Shown here in pieces: positions 51,145 through 63,917 of a stretch of DNA of 64,000 nt (position 1 is its first letter; each line of letters begins with the position of its first letter). A program made the translations under genes and the position numbers. The DNA is from Macrostomum lignano (Eukaryota), in NCBI GenBank assembly GCA_002269645.1, contig NIVC01000524.1, positions 186,001-250,000 on the forward strand, read 5' to 3'. The notes under the pieces are model-generated. The model was not told the origin of the DNA, made no database searches, and saw only the letters and a list, made by a program, of their open reading frames with translations.

Positions 51145-54100
51145 TTGGCTATAGTAAGAACACCATGCCAATTCAGTATACATCCTACTTTCAGTAGGCT
51201 GTTCAGTTCAGCACTTCATAGCAAAGTTTTCAGCCAGTTTGCTCTTACGAGTACAAGCCTCAATGATTCTTGCATGGATTAAATAATCATTTTTATGGCA
51301 AAATGTTGTAGCTACCTCATTAATATTCAATAGATATATTGCAAGTACCATCGTCCACTTCCCACTATTTGGTTGCACTTTTAGCTAAACTTTTCAGCTT
51401 TCAATCTAAAGAATATGAGAATTGAATAAATTTAGTCCGTCTGACTATGAGCTCTCAATATTTGCTAAACAGCTGCTTGAGTTACAGTAATCTACTTTTT
51501 TCTATTTGTCGAGCTATTTCTCCATTGGCCTGTGGAAGTTCTCTGCTTCATGCATCTTTTTAAGCCTTGTAGTTCTGTGTGCTTACGCATAAATGATTTA
51601 ACCAGGTAAAAGTCACATCATTTTCTTTGAGCAGCGTGTCCGGCGCACATATACTGTACGTAGGAGTATATGAACGATTTTCCACCTCCAAAATACACTT
51701 TGCGCTCTTGCAGAATTCGATTTTCGTTGCACAGTCAGACTCTGTCAATTAGCATTTATTAGAGCTGGCTAACTGTAAAGCGAATTTCAATTTCCAGACG
51801 CTGTGTCCCCTGAAATTGCTTTCGTCGAGAAAAGTTGGTAGAACTGCTACATGAATAATTTTATGCATCACTGAGCGGCCACAAACTAGTACTCGTAAGT
51901 ACTAGACGTCAGGACCATCATAAGCGTTCACTTCGTGACGCTTTACTCTAGTGGGCCAGAAAGTTTTTCGAATTCCTATAGCCTGTCCTATACAGCAGAT
52001 CAGTAAATTGGACTGGGTCTTCTGCGAAATCCCTCTAGCCAATTGCCTACCGAACTGGCCGAATGGGGGAGGGGATGTTCCGTGCTGTTGAATCCCCGGA
52101 GAAGTGGCAAAAAAGAAGCAACTATAGCCATACAGGAGACACCCCTGGGAGAAAAGAGGTACAGAAGGGAAATAGGAGATTCATGAAAGAGAATTATGAG
52201 ATTTGAAGCTGTCAGACATTTCTTAACTCAACTACTGCAGCAGCTACCCAGCTAGCTTTTGTTTATCTATTAGAGTTGACATTTATTATGCTCGTATGCT
52301 ACCACGTTTCTTCAATTCTTGATGAATCTCAGCCATCTTGAACTGTACGAGTCTGTCTAGGATTGATTGGTACCGACCGGGAGAAAGCCAAAGTGCATTC
52401 GGAAAGCCTGAAGCCGAAACTCAAACAGGACGGGTGAGCTTTGATTCCCCCCCAGCCGACCCCAGCTTCACCAAGCAATTCCCAGCGGGAATCAAGCTGT
52501 TCTCTGATTCGGTTTTCAGCTTAGCAAAGAAATCCCTGAGCCCGTCTCCCAAGCCTAGGCTGCAGTCTAGCTGCCTGCTCGGGCTTGGCTTTTCCTCCGG
52601 ACCAGAAGATAACTGGGCGAGATCGAACTCATAATGAATCTGCAATGCTATTTGGCCAGGCCGGGCTCTCCTATCGCCTTGGCTAATTCTGCCCTCGCTG
52701 CATAATGCGGCAAACTGGGCAGATGGGTCTGACTGGCCCCGAGATGCTTCACACTGGCTGTCGGCTGAGGAGCTGAGGAGAAACCGGTTTTAACCGGCTG
52801 TATGGCTCCCGCTCTGTTTCTTTGATACTTTATACGGTGTGGACTTTGACGCCTCGATAATCAAGGCGGTTTCTCGAGAGTGCACGTTCCATAAGCTTTG
52901 CACTTGATTACTGTCCATACAGATCGGCATCTCTATGCAATATTTAACGATATAAAGGGATATTCCCCGGCAGCAGTTGAATAAGACGAAGCCGCAAGGA
53001 GCGGCACGGACCTTCCAGGATCACTATGTGAACTGCACCGAGACCCGACGCTTCGTGGCCAAATTGCCGCAGCATCCGCCGCTACACGGCTTTAAGTTCA
53101 TGCAATTGCTGCCTGAGAATAACCGTTTATATCCTTATCATCACCTTTGAATTTGTGTAAGAAGAACTTCTGACTCGACACTGAGGCTGAGAAACACTTT
53201 CTATTGAAGAAATATTCAAAAGAGCAAAATATTCATGTTTTTCAAGACCCACAACTATACTTTTACACGCGTCGAAGTTTCGAAAACTGTCATGTGGAAT
53301 AGTATTATCTCCCCGGTCATGTTTCCATGGAAAATGCCCACGAGCCTTCTTTTAGATGGTGCAGTTTGTCGCTTTGTCAGCCTCTTTGGCAACTCCGATG
53401 CTTCCGCATAAATAGGTACCTTAAAGCAAAGAGAAACTAATGCGAGCGTATTAAAGGATTGATGTCCGTTTAAAATAGTAGCGAAAATTATTCTGCCCTA
53501 AGCAATCTGAGTCGAACTCACTTGACTCAAAAGAATTTTCGGAAGATGAGAAGGACAGAACAAACTGTTTGAATTGAGTAATACGAGTAGGAGAAGTGCT
53601 CCTCTGATGTAACAATATCCTGTGAGAGATTGTTCGATCGCAGTTGAGGGCACATGGTGAATCAATGTCACAGTAAGATGGCGGAAGAGCAAAGAGCCCG
53701 TTCGGAAAAGTGGCGTGAGGTTTCTAAGTTTCTAAGTGAGTATTCTTAAAGTTCCCTGACAGTAATGACCCGAAGAAGCAAACAATTTTTTGTGGCCATA
53801 TAGTTCCAAGCAAGAGCGGTCTCGTTTTCCAACTTGTGGATTTTCTCTCGAGTTCGGTACCACGTTGATCATCCCTACTCGCTCGAGGCCTAATAAATTA
53901 TCCAGCGCTGGCAGTTCAAAGCCGGTCTGCACTGCTTGTCTGGCTCAGACGGGATTAATAAAGCTCCTCCCAGCTCTGGAGAAATGTGAACAGAAACGTA
54001 AAGTATCGAGAAATTACAATTGACAGTTTAAACCGGCCTTGAACCGTCAGCCGTGACTTACACAGCTCTACCACCACTGCATTTTCTGGCCCTCACCCTC

Positions 54101-54498
54101 AGTACCTCGCTTTGTCACAGTTGTTCACACCGATTGGCAATAGTTTCTTTCCTTCCCTCCTTTAGTCTCGTGTTCTCGTGAAGTGGCGTGTACTTCCCCT
54201 CCCTTTTGCTCCCATTGCGCTTAAGAGAATGCATCGGGGGCTTGTCTCAAGTGGGCTGCATCGCCCCCACGCCCTATTTCTCGCTTCTCTCCTGCATTTG
54301 CCTTCCTCATCTCCTTCCTCATCGGCCGCTCCTCCACCCAAGTCCCTGTTCTCAGGATTGGCCAGTTTTTTAAGGCCCGTGCCAGTTTTCTCGGAGCTGT
54401 AGGAGGAGGTATAAGAACTCTGTTTTTCCTGCCGTCGGGAGCCACCTACAGTCATCAGCCGCTAAAATTCTTGTCCTGCTTGCAATTGCTGATTGCTC

Positions 54499-54776
54499 AT
54501 GATGGCATCCCATTCCCGGCCAGACGGGGAAGCAACTGATTGGCAGCAACCATACCAGCAGCAGCAACCGTACCAGCAGCAGCAACCGTACCAGCAACAG
54601 CAACCGTACCAGCAACAGCAACCGTACCAGCAACAGCAACCGTACCAGCAACAGCAACCGTACCAGCAACAGCAACCTTACCAGCAGCAACAATATCAGC
54701 AGCAACCATACCAAGAGCAACAGTATGAGCAGCCAATACAACAACAGCAGCAGCAGGAGCGACAACAACAATCTAA
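54499..54776 (+). CDS. Probable first coding exon of the MFS transporter: (QQQQPY)n N-terminal tail
   Basis: ATG at 54499 and a perfect donor AA|GTGAGT at 54777; phase 2 matches the acceptor at 56474. Confidence 0.6.
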
Positions 54777-56473
54777 GTGAGTTCCTCCGTTTCCAGGCCC
54801 AATTTTTATTAAACATTATTAGCTCGTAATTGCTTTTTAGATTCAATCACAAGCAGTTGAGTACTGAAAATGTAGCTCATTATCAAGATTAGATATATTT
54901 TACATGCATGGACCTTTACAAATTATCGTTAAGTCTGATGCTGCTTGTCCTGAGTGGTTGACTACATCCCTTGAAAAGGTAAATGTACCTGCAGCAGGTA
55001 GGTAGATAATTCAGGTAGCAAATTACGTCAAGACTAAGACTCTAGGCCAAAATCCTAGGCTTGCAAGCTCGCACCGTATTCAGCAATTAGTTTGATGTTA
55101 GCAAACCGAAGCGTTAGCAATGTAACAGGTCCGCTCTGTGAACTCTGTCTACTTCAACAGGGGCCAACCTGTTAACATGGGCTTTAAATGGCGCTTTAAG
55201 GCACACTAAGGAACGTCTGGGGCTTGCACTCCACCAGAGTCATTCGAACGCGGTTCCTGTGTCAGGAGTAGCTAGAGAGAGGGAGAACCCTGGGGAGCAG
55301 CTGATTTATCAAATCGCCGCTGTCGGAAACTGAAACAGCTCAGGGTTGCGGGGGTGAGGTCTGAGATGGAGTGTGGCGCGATCTACGCTTGCTGAATATC
55401 TGAGTGCCGGGGGAAAATGGGATTGTGATCCAGCATCTACAGCTCTGGAAGCGGATAACTTTTGTTGTGTGCGAGTGTATCTTTCATGCTGCGCCTGCTG
55501 CAAGATGCAAGAAGCAGAAGGTTGGACAGGGAGAGGGCTTCGCGTGGCTGTCGATGCTTGCTGGAGTTTGGAAAACTAGGGAGAAAATGGAGAGGAAAAA
55601 ACTAGGATGCCGTTCCCGTCAGACACAGGAGACCGCTTCCCCTTCCCCCTTCTCTTCTCTGATCGGCCCCGCTGCGAGTCCACTTGAAAAACCTCCTTCT
55701 TCTGGCCTTTCCACCACCCAGACACCAACTGCATAAAAGCCAATAGCGGATTTGGGCTTTCTATTCCAGTCCGCGGATAAGGCGGGACATCTGAGACCCC
55801 AGGACGGAAGGAAGCCGGGATCGAGAATGCTGTCCCCGCTCAAATATTTCATGTCAATGGGATGAAAGGCTAAAATCAATGTCTTGTCAAGTGGAATAAA
55901 GTTTTCTTTCATTTCAACTATTCCAGACTGAGATGGGGAAAGTGAGGAATTTTTTGCACTCAAGCTTCCTATAGTTTGCCCCAATCACTCTTAACGTACG
56001 TGTAGAAGACAAAGGGCTCTTATTGTCAAGCTCAGATTTCCCCGGCAAATTAACTTTGGACAATGATCAGCCAACCCATTGATGGCCATCAAATCGAGGC
56101 CTGATTTTGAGCCGACGCTCCAATCAGCTCTCTTTGCTCGCATCGGAAACTTAGCTTGATTATAATAAACAGTTGCAGGGGGTGGGGCTGCTGGCATCCT
56201 GCTGCATTCCTAAGCATTCCTGACTTTCCTGACTCCTGAGGAGATACAAGCACACACAGCGGCGGTCCTGACTTTCTAAGCGTCAGGCAGGTACACTCTC
56301 TGTGCCTTGGAGGTTGGCCGTCACGACAATCCCGAGCGCAAGCCCCAAATGAATGTGGCCGTGCACGGAATTGAACCAGGGGTCGCGGCTATGAATCAGA
56401 GAAACAGAGTCTGATGCGTTTACCTTCTAAGCAACACGGAAGCTTAGCTTTCTAACTCACCATTTCTTTGTAG

Positions 56474-56697
56474 TAAGCAAGGTGAAGAAAGCTGCAATGG
56501 AGTCACCATCGCAGGCGGCGGCGGCGGCGGCGGCGGTGGCGGCGGCAGCACCCCAGTCTGGGCCTGGGTAGTGCTGGCCTGCGCGGCAGTGAACGTCATA
56601 TTTCTGGGCGGAAAACGGCGCGCATTTGGCGTTTTTATAGCGCAATTGCGCACCGAGTTCAATGGGACAACATCCCTGGCTGAGCTGAACTGGATCG
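56474..56697 (+). CDS. MFS/SLC16-like transporter exon encoding TM1-2 (WAWVVLACAAVNVIFLGGKRRAFGVF...LNWIG)
   Basis: Resembles the SLC16 TM1 motif GWGWVV...SFGVF...WIG; acceptor tttgtag|, donor G|GTGGGT, phase 2-1. Not in the ORF track on the + strand. Confidence 0.82.
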
Positions 56698-57289
56698 GTG
56701 GGTGACTCGGTGCAGTTCTACGAGCACAATTTTCACTGAGTCATGCCAATTTTAGATTATGCTTAACTCGTGGGCGCTATGAGCAAAGGTTCATTTTTTA
56801 AAGGCATTTTAATGGGCCCAGGTCAGTAGAAGCGAAGCTGCTGGTTTCTCCTAGAATGAATCGAAACAGATATTCAGAGTTTTACAGCCATCTGTATGAG
56901 CACATAGCTTCAGCAACTGCTTTGATTTTCTGCGGAAAAACCAGAATAGACCGGATTTCAAGGACACCGTCGGCCCGCTGCCCGATATATTTTAGGATAG
57001 CTGGGATCAATGCGAACTCCACAGCCGCCCTTGCCTCTCTCTCTCTCCTCTTAGCCGATAATTGAAGGCAGGAATTTGCTCAAAACTATTTGAATAATTA
57101 ATTGGTCCGGAGCAGAGCCCGGGAAAAGGGGGCCCAGAGACTGGGTGCATAAATAGCTGGGGGGGGGGGATACAAGAGTTCGGAGCATTTTTTCTTAGGA
57201 ATTCAGTTTTAAGATGTTTGAGACCGCCTGTTCTTTGTAGGCATTGAGCGTCTAGAAATGTGCTGATTTGCTTGAGTTTGTGACCGAAT

Positions 57290-57990
57290 GACTCAGCTGC
57301 AGGGGGCTCTGGGCATCCGGATACAGTGGGGAGGCGTTGACGCCCATTTCGCTAACCCCTGGCAATCACGGGTAGCTGGTGCTGCGGTGTCGCGCCTGGA
57401 GATCCGGTGGTGCCGGTGTCCGCAGCGCGGTCCCCCTCCGGAGGAGAGTCCAGGAGGTGGATTGTCGCTCGCCCGGTAGCCCGGTAGCCCGGGCCAGAAA
57501 ACGTCGGAAAGGTCCTGATTTGAGCCGAGGTAGGTGAGCCTGCCCTGAGTAAAGGCGTTGCATTCGCAGATAAAGTGCTCCGAATTCTCAACATCGGAGA
57601 AGCAGAATGGGCATTCCTCATTGTGGATTTTTCTCTGGAGGTGACGATGCCTGAAAGACAGGTTACCGCCCTGATATCCCTGCGGTTGAGTCCAAGCAGG
57701 GCCCTGCGGAGGGTGGGGGAACCTAGCTAGCGACGACCGGCAGCTGTTGCTGCGGTGTCGCGCAGGGAGATCCGGTAGTGCCGGTGTTCGCAGGCGTGGT
57801 TCCTTCTCCGGAGAGTCCAGATAGTGGATTGTTGCTCGCCCGGTAGCCCTTAATATCGGACGAGGTGGCAGAAATTCTTGGGCCTGAAAACGTCGGAAAG
57901 GTCCGGGTGTGGGCCGAGGTAAGAGTAGGTGAGCCTGTCCTGAGTAAAGGCGGGACATGCACAGATGAAGTGCTCCGCATTCTGAACAGT
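57290..57990 (-). mobile_element. Two tandem, diverged 3' fragments of a non-LTR retrotransposon inside the MFS intron
   Basis: Both copies encode the C-terminal Zn motif (CPFC...ENSEHFICEC; AEHFICACPAF) followed by DLSDVF...RATGR and a shared 3' segment (~57290-57660 vs ~57660-57990). Confidence 0.75.
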
Positions 57991-58110
57991 CTTTACTAAG
58001 AATTTTCGTTTAGAAAAGCAGGGTTGACCAGAGACAGCTTTAGTTTCTGCATTTGAGTTCAGATTTGTTGAAAATGTTCTTAACATTTGCCTATCCTTCC
58101 GTTGCCGCAG

Positions 58111-59261
58111 GGGACAGCTACGCAGCCATGGGCTACATGACCACAGCCGCCACCAGCACCGCAATCCTGGTGTCTGGCCGGCGATTCCGCCTCTTCCAGC
58201 TGCTTGGCTCCCTGTTCATCTTGCTGGCCTGCGTCACCTCCTCCTACGTGCCCAATCCGCATTGGCTGTTCCTCACGCACACCCTGTTCCACGGCATCGG
58301 CAGCTCCTGCGTGCTCAGCGTTGTCGGCCTCATCGTCAACGAGTACTTCGACAAGCAACACAGGCACCACATCCTGGCCACCACGCTGGTGTCCGGCGGC
58401 TCCATCGCGTCAATCGTGTTCGTGCAGATGTACGCCAGCCTGATTGAGACCTACACCTGGCGAAAGGCCTTCCTTATTCTGGGCGGAATCTACCTGGTAG
58501 TCAATTTGAGCGGTGTAATAGTCTTCGGCAAGAATCCCCAGAAGCAAGACTACCTGAGCAGTAACAATAGCTGCCTGGGCGCCATCCGGGAGATCGACCG
58601 GCGCAAGGTGCCCTACCTTTGTTTGTGGTTTTTTGACCGCATCATGACCAGCATCGTCACCTATGGACTGCTGCTGAACCTGGCCGATTACGTCAAGCGC
58701 CGGGAGCACATCCTCACCCAGTCCACGCACCTGACTCAGCTGTTCGCCTTCGGCGAAGCCAGCACATACGCCATCGCTGCCACGATCACCGCATTCACCA
58801 AGGACCTGCTGCTCAACCGGCTAAAGTACATCCTGCTCGTCTGCACCGCCCTGCTGGCGGCAATGCTGGCCCTGTGGGAATTCTGCGCCTCCAACGACGC
58901 TCTGAGCAAATTTTTGGCCTTCCTATGCGGCTTCGGCCTCGGACCGAGCATCACCTTCCTGTTCCCGGCCGGCGAGGAGCTGACCACGCTGCCCGGACAC
59001 CTGGCCTACCCCTTCAGCCTGGCCGGCATGGGGGTCGGCATGGCGCTCTCGCCGTTCGCCACTGCGCTAATTGCCGAAGCCTACGAGTACCGCGGCTTCT
59101 TCCTCATCCAGGCCTTCCTCATCTTCCTCAAACTGCTGGCCCTCATAGCCATTGTGCTGCTGCAGAAGCTCGTGCTGGGGCCCGGCGACGTAGAGTACGA
59201 GGCAGTGACGCTGGAGGAGCTCAACAGAGACGAGAAGGAGGCGAAGAAGGGACAATATTGA
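58111..59261 (+). CDS. MFS/SLC16 (monocarboxylate transporter-like) terminal exon, ~10 TM helices
   Basis: LFHGIGSS...IVNEYFDKQH and LIETYTWRKAFLILGG motifs; acceptor gccgcag|, phase 1; TGA at 59259-59261. Confidence 0.88.
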
Positions 59262-59654
59262 GATTGAGCATTTTGCGTGGTCTGAGACGACAATGAATTT
59301 AAAGTTACTCTCATGTTTATCTGTGTGCTCCCTATAGCAATAGCAATATGGATTTGCCTCAGAATTGCTTCTGTTGCTCCAATATGAGTAGAAACCTGGA
59401 AACAAAAGTTAGCAGTCAGTAAAAATTTCCAACATTCAAATTGATATGGTTGAGCAATTTGCTCAATAGATATTTGAGCAATTTCTTGGAAAAATCGTAA
59501 ACATATTCGTTTGATAGCACTCGCCCTGTTTCGAGTTTTTGGTACGCTCTATGCTTCTATATTTTGTCTATATAGCCATCTTTTTTGTGAGGTAGAGGAT
59601 TTCGCGGAGCTTCAGAACTAAGACTGTTCTGAATATTTTTGCAAAGTACGAATG

Positions 59655-59960
59655 GTTGTCCTGGAGTGAGGTGGGTGTCCTGGAATGAGTTGGGTGTCCT
59701 GGAGTGAGGTGGGTGTCCTGGAATGAGTTGGGTGTCCTGGAGTGAGGTTGGTGTCCTGGAGTGAGGTGGGTGTCCTGGAGAGGGGTGGGTATCCTAGAGT
59801 GAGGTGGCTGTCCTGGAGTGGGGTGGGTGTCCTGGAGTGAGGTGGGTGTCCTGAAGTGGAGTGGGTATCCTAGAGTGAGGTGGGTGTCCTGGAGGGAGGT
59901 AGGTGTCCTGGAGTGAGGTAGGTGTCTGGGAATGAGGTGGGTGTCCTAGAGTGAGGTTGG
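59655..59960. repeat. 19-bp minisatellite (GGAGTGAGGTGGGTGTCCT)
   Basis: Direct reading. Confidence 0.92.
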
Positions 59961-60839
59961 TATCGGGTGAGTATTCAGTCGGTTATAAGAGAATGTTAGT
60001 GCGCACCAGGGGGTTTTGGAGTTGATAGCTTGAAGAAAGGCGGAACTGTCAAATGCCAGTGACATGTACAATGTCAATGGATTTTCAGCAATTTTTCTAG
60101 TTCTGGAGATCTGTTCAAGCTACTTTTATCGCTATTTTATTTACTGCTGTTCCATCCTTTCTATTTCTATATGCTAAATAATTCTTTGCTAACCTTGATT
60201 ATCCAATTTTCTAAGATTTTCTCATGATGACATACATGGTCACTCCTCAACTTTACATTGCATACTGCTGCAATGCTTGCAATACTACTAAGAGTATTGT
60301 AAGTAGTTCAGGGTAGCACTGATGATTAAAATATTATTTTTACGGCAATTCGAGTGTAAAACTAAAATTAAATATTTAATTATTATACTACTTTAAAATA
60401 AGTATGTCGTGTTGCCCGTGATTACTGTCCGCTATTAGCTGGTTAATTTAAGCTCATTGGCATACTATTAGAACCTTTTGCACCATCCAAGTTGTCAAAA
60501 TGAAATTAGCCATTGTTTAACCAATATTCCAATATAACCTTTACGAGCAATTTCATATATTACGTCCATGTCAACTGACATCTTGGAAAGCATAGCTCGT
60601 ATCGGGATCTACGCCGATTTCTTAAATTTGTTTGTGACATCGTTTTGTGATTTGATTGAATCAAAACACATATGAAATATTTAAACTCGATTGCCCTGGA
60701 GAAACATTGGTAAACATTGGTGAACATTGGAGAAACTCGACTTTTTCACTTTTTCAAATTTTGACAAATGTAACTTTGAAGCTGAATAAATGCTAAAAGA
60801 TATCTTATTGAGGCTTGAAAAGGCATGAGATGTGAATAA

Positions 60840-61310
60840 ACTGTAATGACTCATCTCATGATCTGTTTCAGACTGTAATGACTCATCTCATAATTGGTGT
60901 CAAACTGTAATGACTCATCTCATGATCGGTGTCAGACTGTAATGACTCATCTCATAATCGGTGTCAAACTGTAATGACTCATCTCATGATCGGTGTCAAA
61001 CTGTAATGACTCATCTCATGATCGGTGTCAGACTGTAATGACTCATCTCATAATCGGTGTCAAACTGTAATGACTCATCTCATAATCGGTGTCAGACTGT
61101 AATGACTCATCTCATAATCGGTGTCAAACTGTAATGACTCATCTCATAATCGGTGTCAAACTGTAATGACTCATCTCATGATCGGTGTCAGACTGTAATG
61201 ACTCATCTCATAATCGGTGTCAGACTGTAATGACTCATCTCATAATCGGTGTCAGACTGTAATGACTAATCTCATGATCGGTGTCAGACTGTAAGGACTT
61301 ATCTCATGAT
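60840..61310. repeat. 32-bp minisatellite (CTGTAATGACTCATCTCATAATCGGTGTCAGA), 15 units
   Basis: Direct reading. Confidence 0.95.
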
Positions 61311-61627
61311 AGCTAACAAATAACTCATGTATTTCTCGTTATAATTTGAGCCAGTTCTATCATATTAATAGCAATTAAATGGTTCATTATTGACTATGAC
61401 TAACTGAATTATTTGACCAGATTCAGATTAAAATTTCTTCTTTTCAAGCGCTTTTTGCTACTCATTAGTAGGCAACTAAAAATAGTTTCCATTCGTTATA
61501 ACATGATTTATTTTGCAGTCAATTACCATATTTATCAATTTAAAGTGTTTCTCTTGATAGTATCGCTCTGCAGCAAAGGATCAGATAGTTCAGAATGATC
61601 GTGAGAGATTAAATGCACAGTGTAGAG

Positions 61628-61690
61628 CAGGGGTCAGCAAACTCAGGTCCACATGCGGCTCGCAAAGCCTCTCTATCCGGCCCACGGGTC
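61628..61690 (+). mobile_element. Possible single end of a hAT-like DNA transposon/MITE
   Basis: CAGGGGTCAGCAAACT...CGGCCC resembles hAT terminal sequence; no partner TIR found. Confidence 0.3.
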
Positions 61691-62026
61691 CATTGAAACT
61701 TCCCAATAGCAATCCGGCCAGCTCAAGGTTTGTGTCTCTTTCTCAGCTCTCTTCTCTACCCTCTATGCCCTCTCTCCTCTCCTCTCCTCTTACCTTTTCT
61801 CTCATGCCATCTCTTGCCTCTCTTCTCCTTCTCTCATCTCTCATCCTCTATTCCCTCTCCTTTCCTCTCTCATCTTGTCCGCAGCCATGAGCTGGATTCT
61901 CTATCTGGCCATTGAGGTTAAAAAGCTCTCTCCAGACATTGTCTCCAAAAGCCCATCCTCTCAAAAATGGCAGGCAGGTGTGCACCGTCTTCTCTGGACG
62001 CTCCCCGGGACAAACCTAGGGCTCCT

Positions 62027-62699
62027 TCTTTCTTTCTTTCTTTCTTCTTCCAGACGCGGCCGGTTCGACGGGGTCGATGTGGCCGGGGGCGGCCCCTGTT
62101 AGAGGCGCCCCATCCTGCGCAGCAGTCCAAGTAAGGCCGTCGGGTTCCCCATCAGGTCCCAGGCCGGCGTGCCGCTGAGTGCTCTCCATCCGTCCCCGCG
62201 CGGGCAGTGGTGTATTAGGTGGTCGACGGTGTTCTCCGCGCCGCAGTCGGGGCAGAGGGGCGACGGGTCGAGTCCCATGCGGTGACGGGTGGTACCGTTG
62301 ATGATGCTGCCCCCCGCCCGGAGTTGGTTGATGAGCACCTGCTGCTTCCTAGGCAGGTCCGTTGCGGGAGGCCAGGCCGGTCCCGTGGCGGCGGTGTCGA
62401 GCGCGCGTCTGCAGCGGCGGATGGCTGCCTTGGCGGCGCTGAGTTGAATTGGCGCGCGGCTTTGGTCCAGGGCGGCAGCTCGGTTGGCCGCCTCGTCCGC
62501 GGCTTCGTTGCCGGACACGCCGCAGTGAGCCGGGACCCAGATGAATTTGGTCTTGATGCCGGCTCTTTGGAGGTCGCTGAGCCGGTCCCAGTAGTCGGCG
62601 GCAACTGAGTCGGACTGGTCGAGTGGTCCGGCACTCAGTGCCATGATGGCGCTCAGGCTGTCTGTCGCTATCGTCAGATCGGGGTTGGGGCTGGTCTGG
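62027..62699 (-). mobile_element. 5'-truncated RNase H-bearing LINE (I-group-like) with (GAAA)n tail and 12-bp TSD
   Basis: ATDSLSAI...FIWVPAHCGVSGNEAADEAA (RNase H), CPDCGAENTVDHLIHHC, stop at 62099, tail at 62027-62050; CCTAGGGCTCCT at 62015-62026 and 62700-62711. Confidence 0.9.
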
Positions 62700-63917
62700 C
62701 CTAGGGCTCCTGCTGCTGCTCCTGCTACGGCGGCTGCATACAGCGAGGTAGGAGGCGGAAGGTCTCAGAGCGTGCCGCCCAATTGAGAGTGAAACGAGTG
62801 GAGAGAAAAGAGAAGCATGCATGCAAATCAACTTCGCCTCATCAATCTTTTTGGCTTGCCGGCCTACATTGGCAAGTGGCAAGCTCGATTCGTTAAGGAC
62901 TGCCTGTGGCTCACTGGATTGACATGACTTTCTAGGAAATCCATTCAGTTTTGTCATAAATAAGAACTGCACAAAACACTCCGATCGTATTGTTATCCCA
63001 AGCATATCAGAAGGATCTGAACGCTATCTGCAACCGAGCGCAGGAAGTCCGCACTTATGTCGTATATAGTATTATAATAATCGCAGCGGTATAAAGACAA
63101 ATAATAAACTTTAATAAACAGTTTTTTCTAATAGTGCGAGAGGTTATAACTGTGCCGCCATGCAATTCGACTTGGGGAGCGAGAAGCGAGTTGGTGCGGA
63201 TCAAACAAGAACTAAAAACACGAATTGAGTTTGCAGCGAGGGCCTAAGCTTGAGTCTCCTGCAGTGCACTTTCTGTGTTTGTGTGCGCGTGGAGGCTGGG
63301 AAATGAAAGACCACAAGCCCCACATCAGCCAGAGGCTGTGTAGAGCTCTGCCTAGAGCGAATGTGCCGCTAACATGCCATCGATGATTCGAGAGGAATAT
63401 TAATAATTTCACATTGATAAGTGCAAAGGCGTGCGCAGCTATAGGAAATTTCGTTTGGGTAAAACCTCCGCTAAGAAGATTCGAAGAAACGCGGAATACT
63501 CTGGTAAACTTTTGTGTAGAATAGCATTATTAGCAATATTATGAACAGTATTTTACAAAGTGCACTGTCAGGACACAGGAGGGTGCATACACTCTGGGCA
63601 CTACAATAACGCATAAGGACTCGGGCAGGTGTTTGCTAACGACTCTGGGTCGGAAAAATCTGTTAAATTAATGAATGCAGGTTGGTTTTTCTCGAATACA
63701 GCTTCCTTTTCTATAAAAATGATGAACTGAGTTGGACCTTGAATGAGCATAAACTAACAGTGCGCTGCTGTACTTCACAACAGTCCGTACTGACTGGCTC
63801 CGACAGTTACAAACACATCGCAGAAAGCAAAGAAGAGCTTGTTGGATCAATGAATCGATGGAACACTTCTGTACAAGTTTGTACGTGGCGTTTAAACTTT
63901 GAGTAACCGCGTATCCG

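Noticed and set aside
46000-54400. Short ORFs and possible low-GC exons in the divergent intergenic region (e.g. 48373-48657, 49799-50239, 50415-50818, 51560-51748)
   Set aside because: I could not assemble a phase-consistent chain or recognise a domain; RNA-seq or a homology search would be needed.
55619-56717. Apparent three-exon minus-strand gene (56461-56717, 56000-56198, from 55927) with compatible phases
   Set aside because: The main exon is the antisense shadow of the SLC16 TM1 exon on +; the rest has no recognisable domain and lacks the GC3 bias of the real exons.
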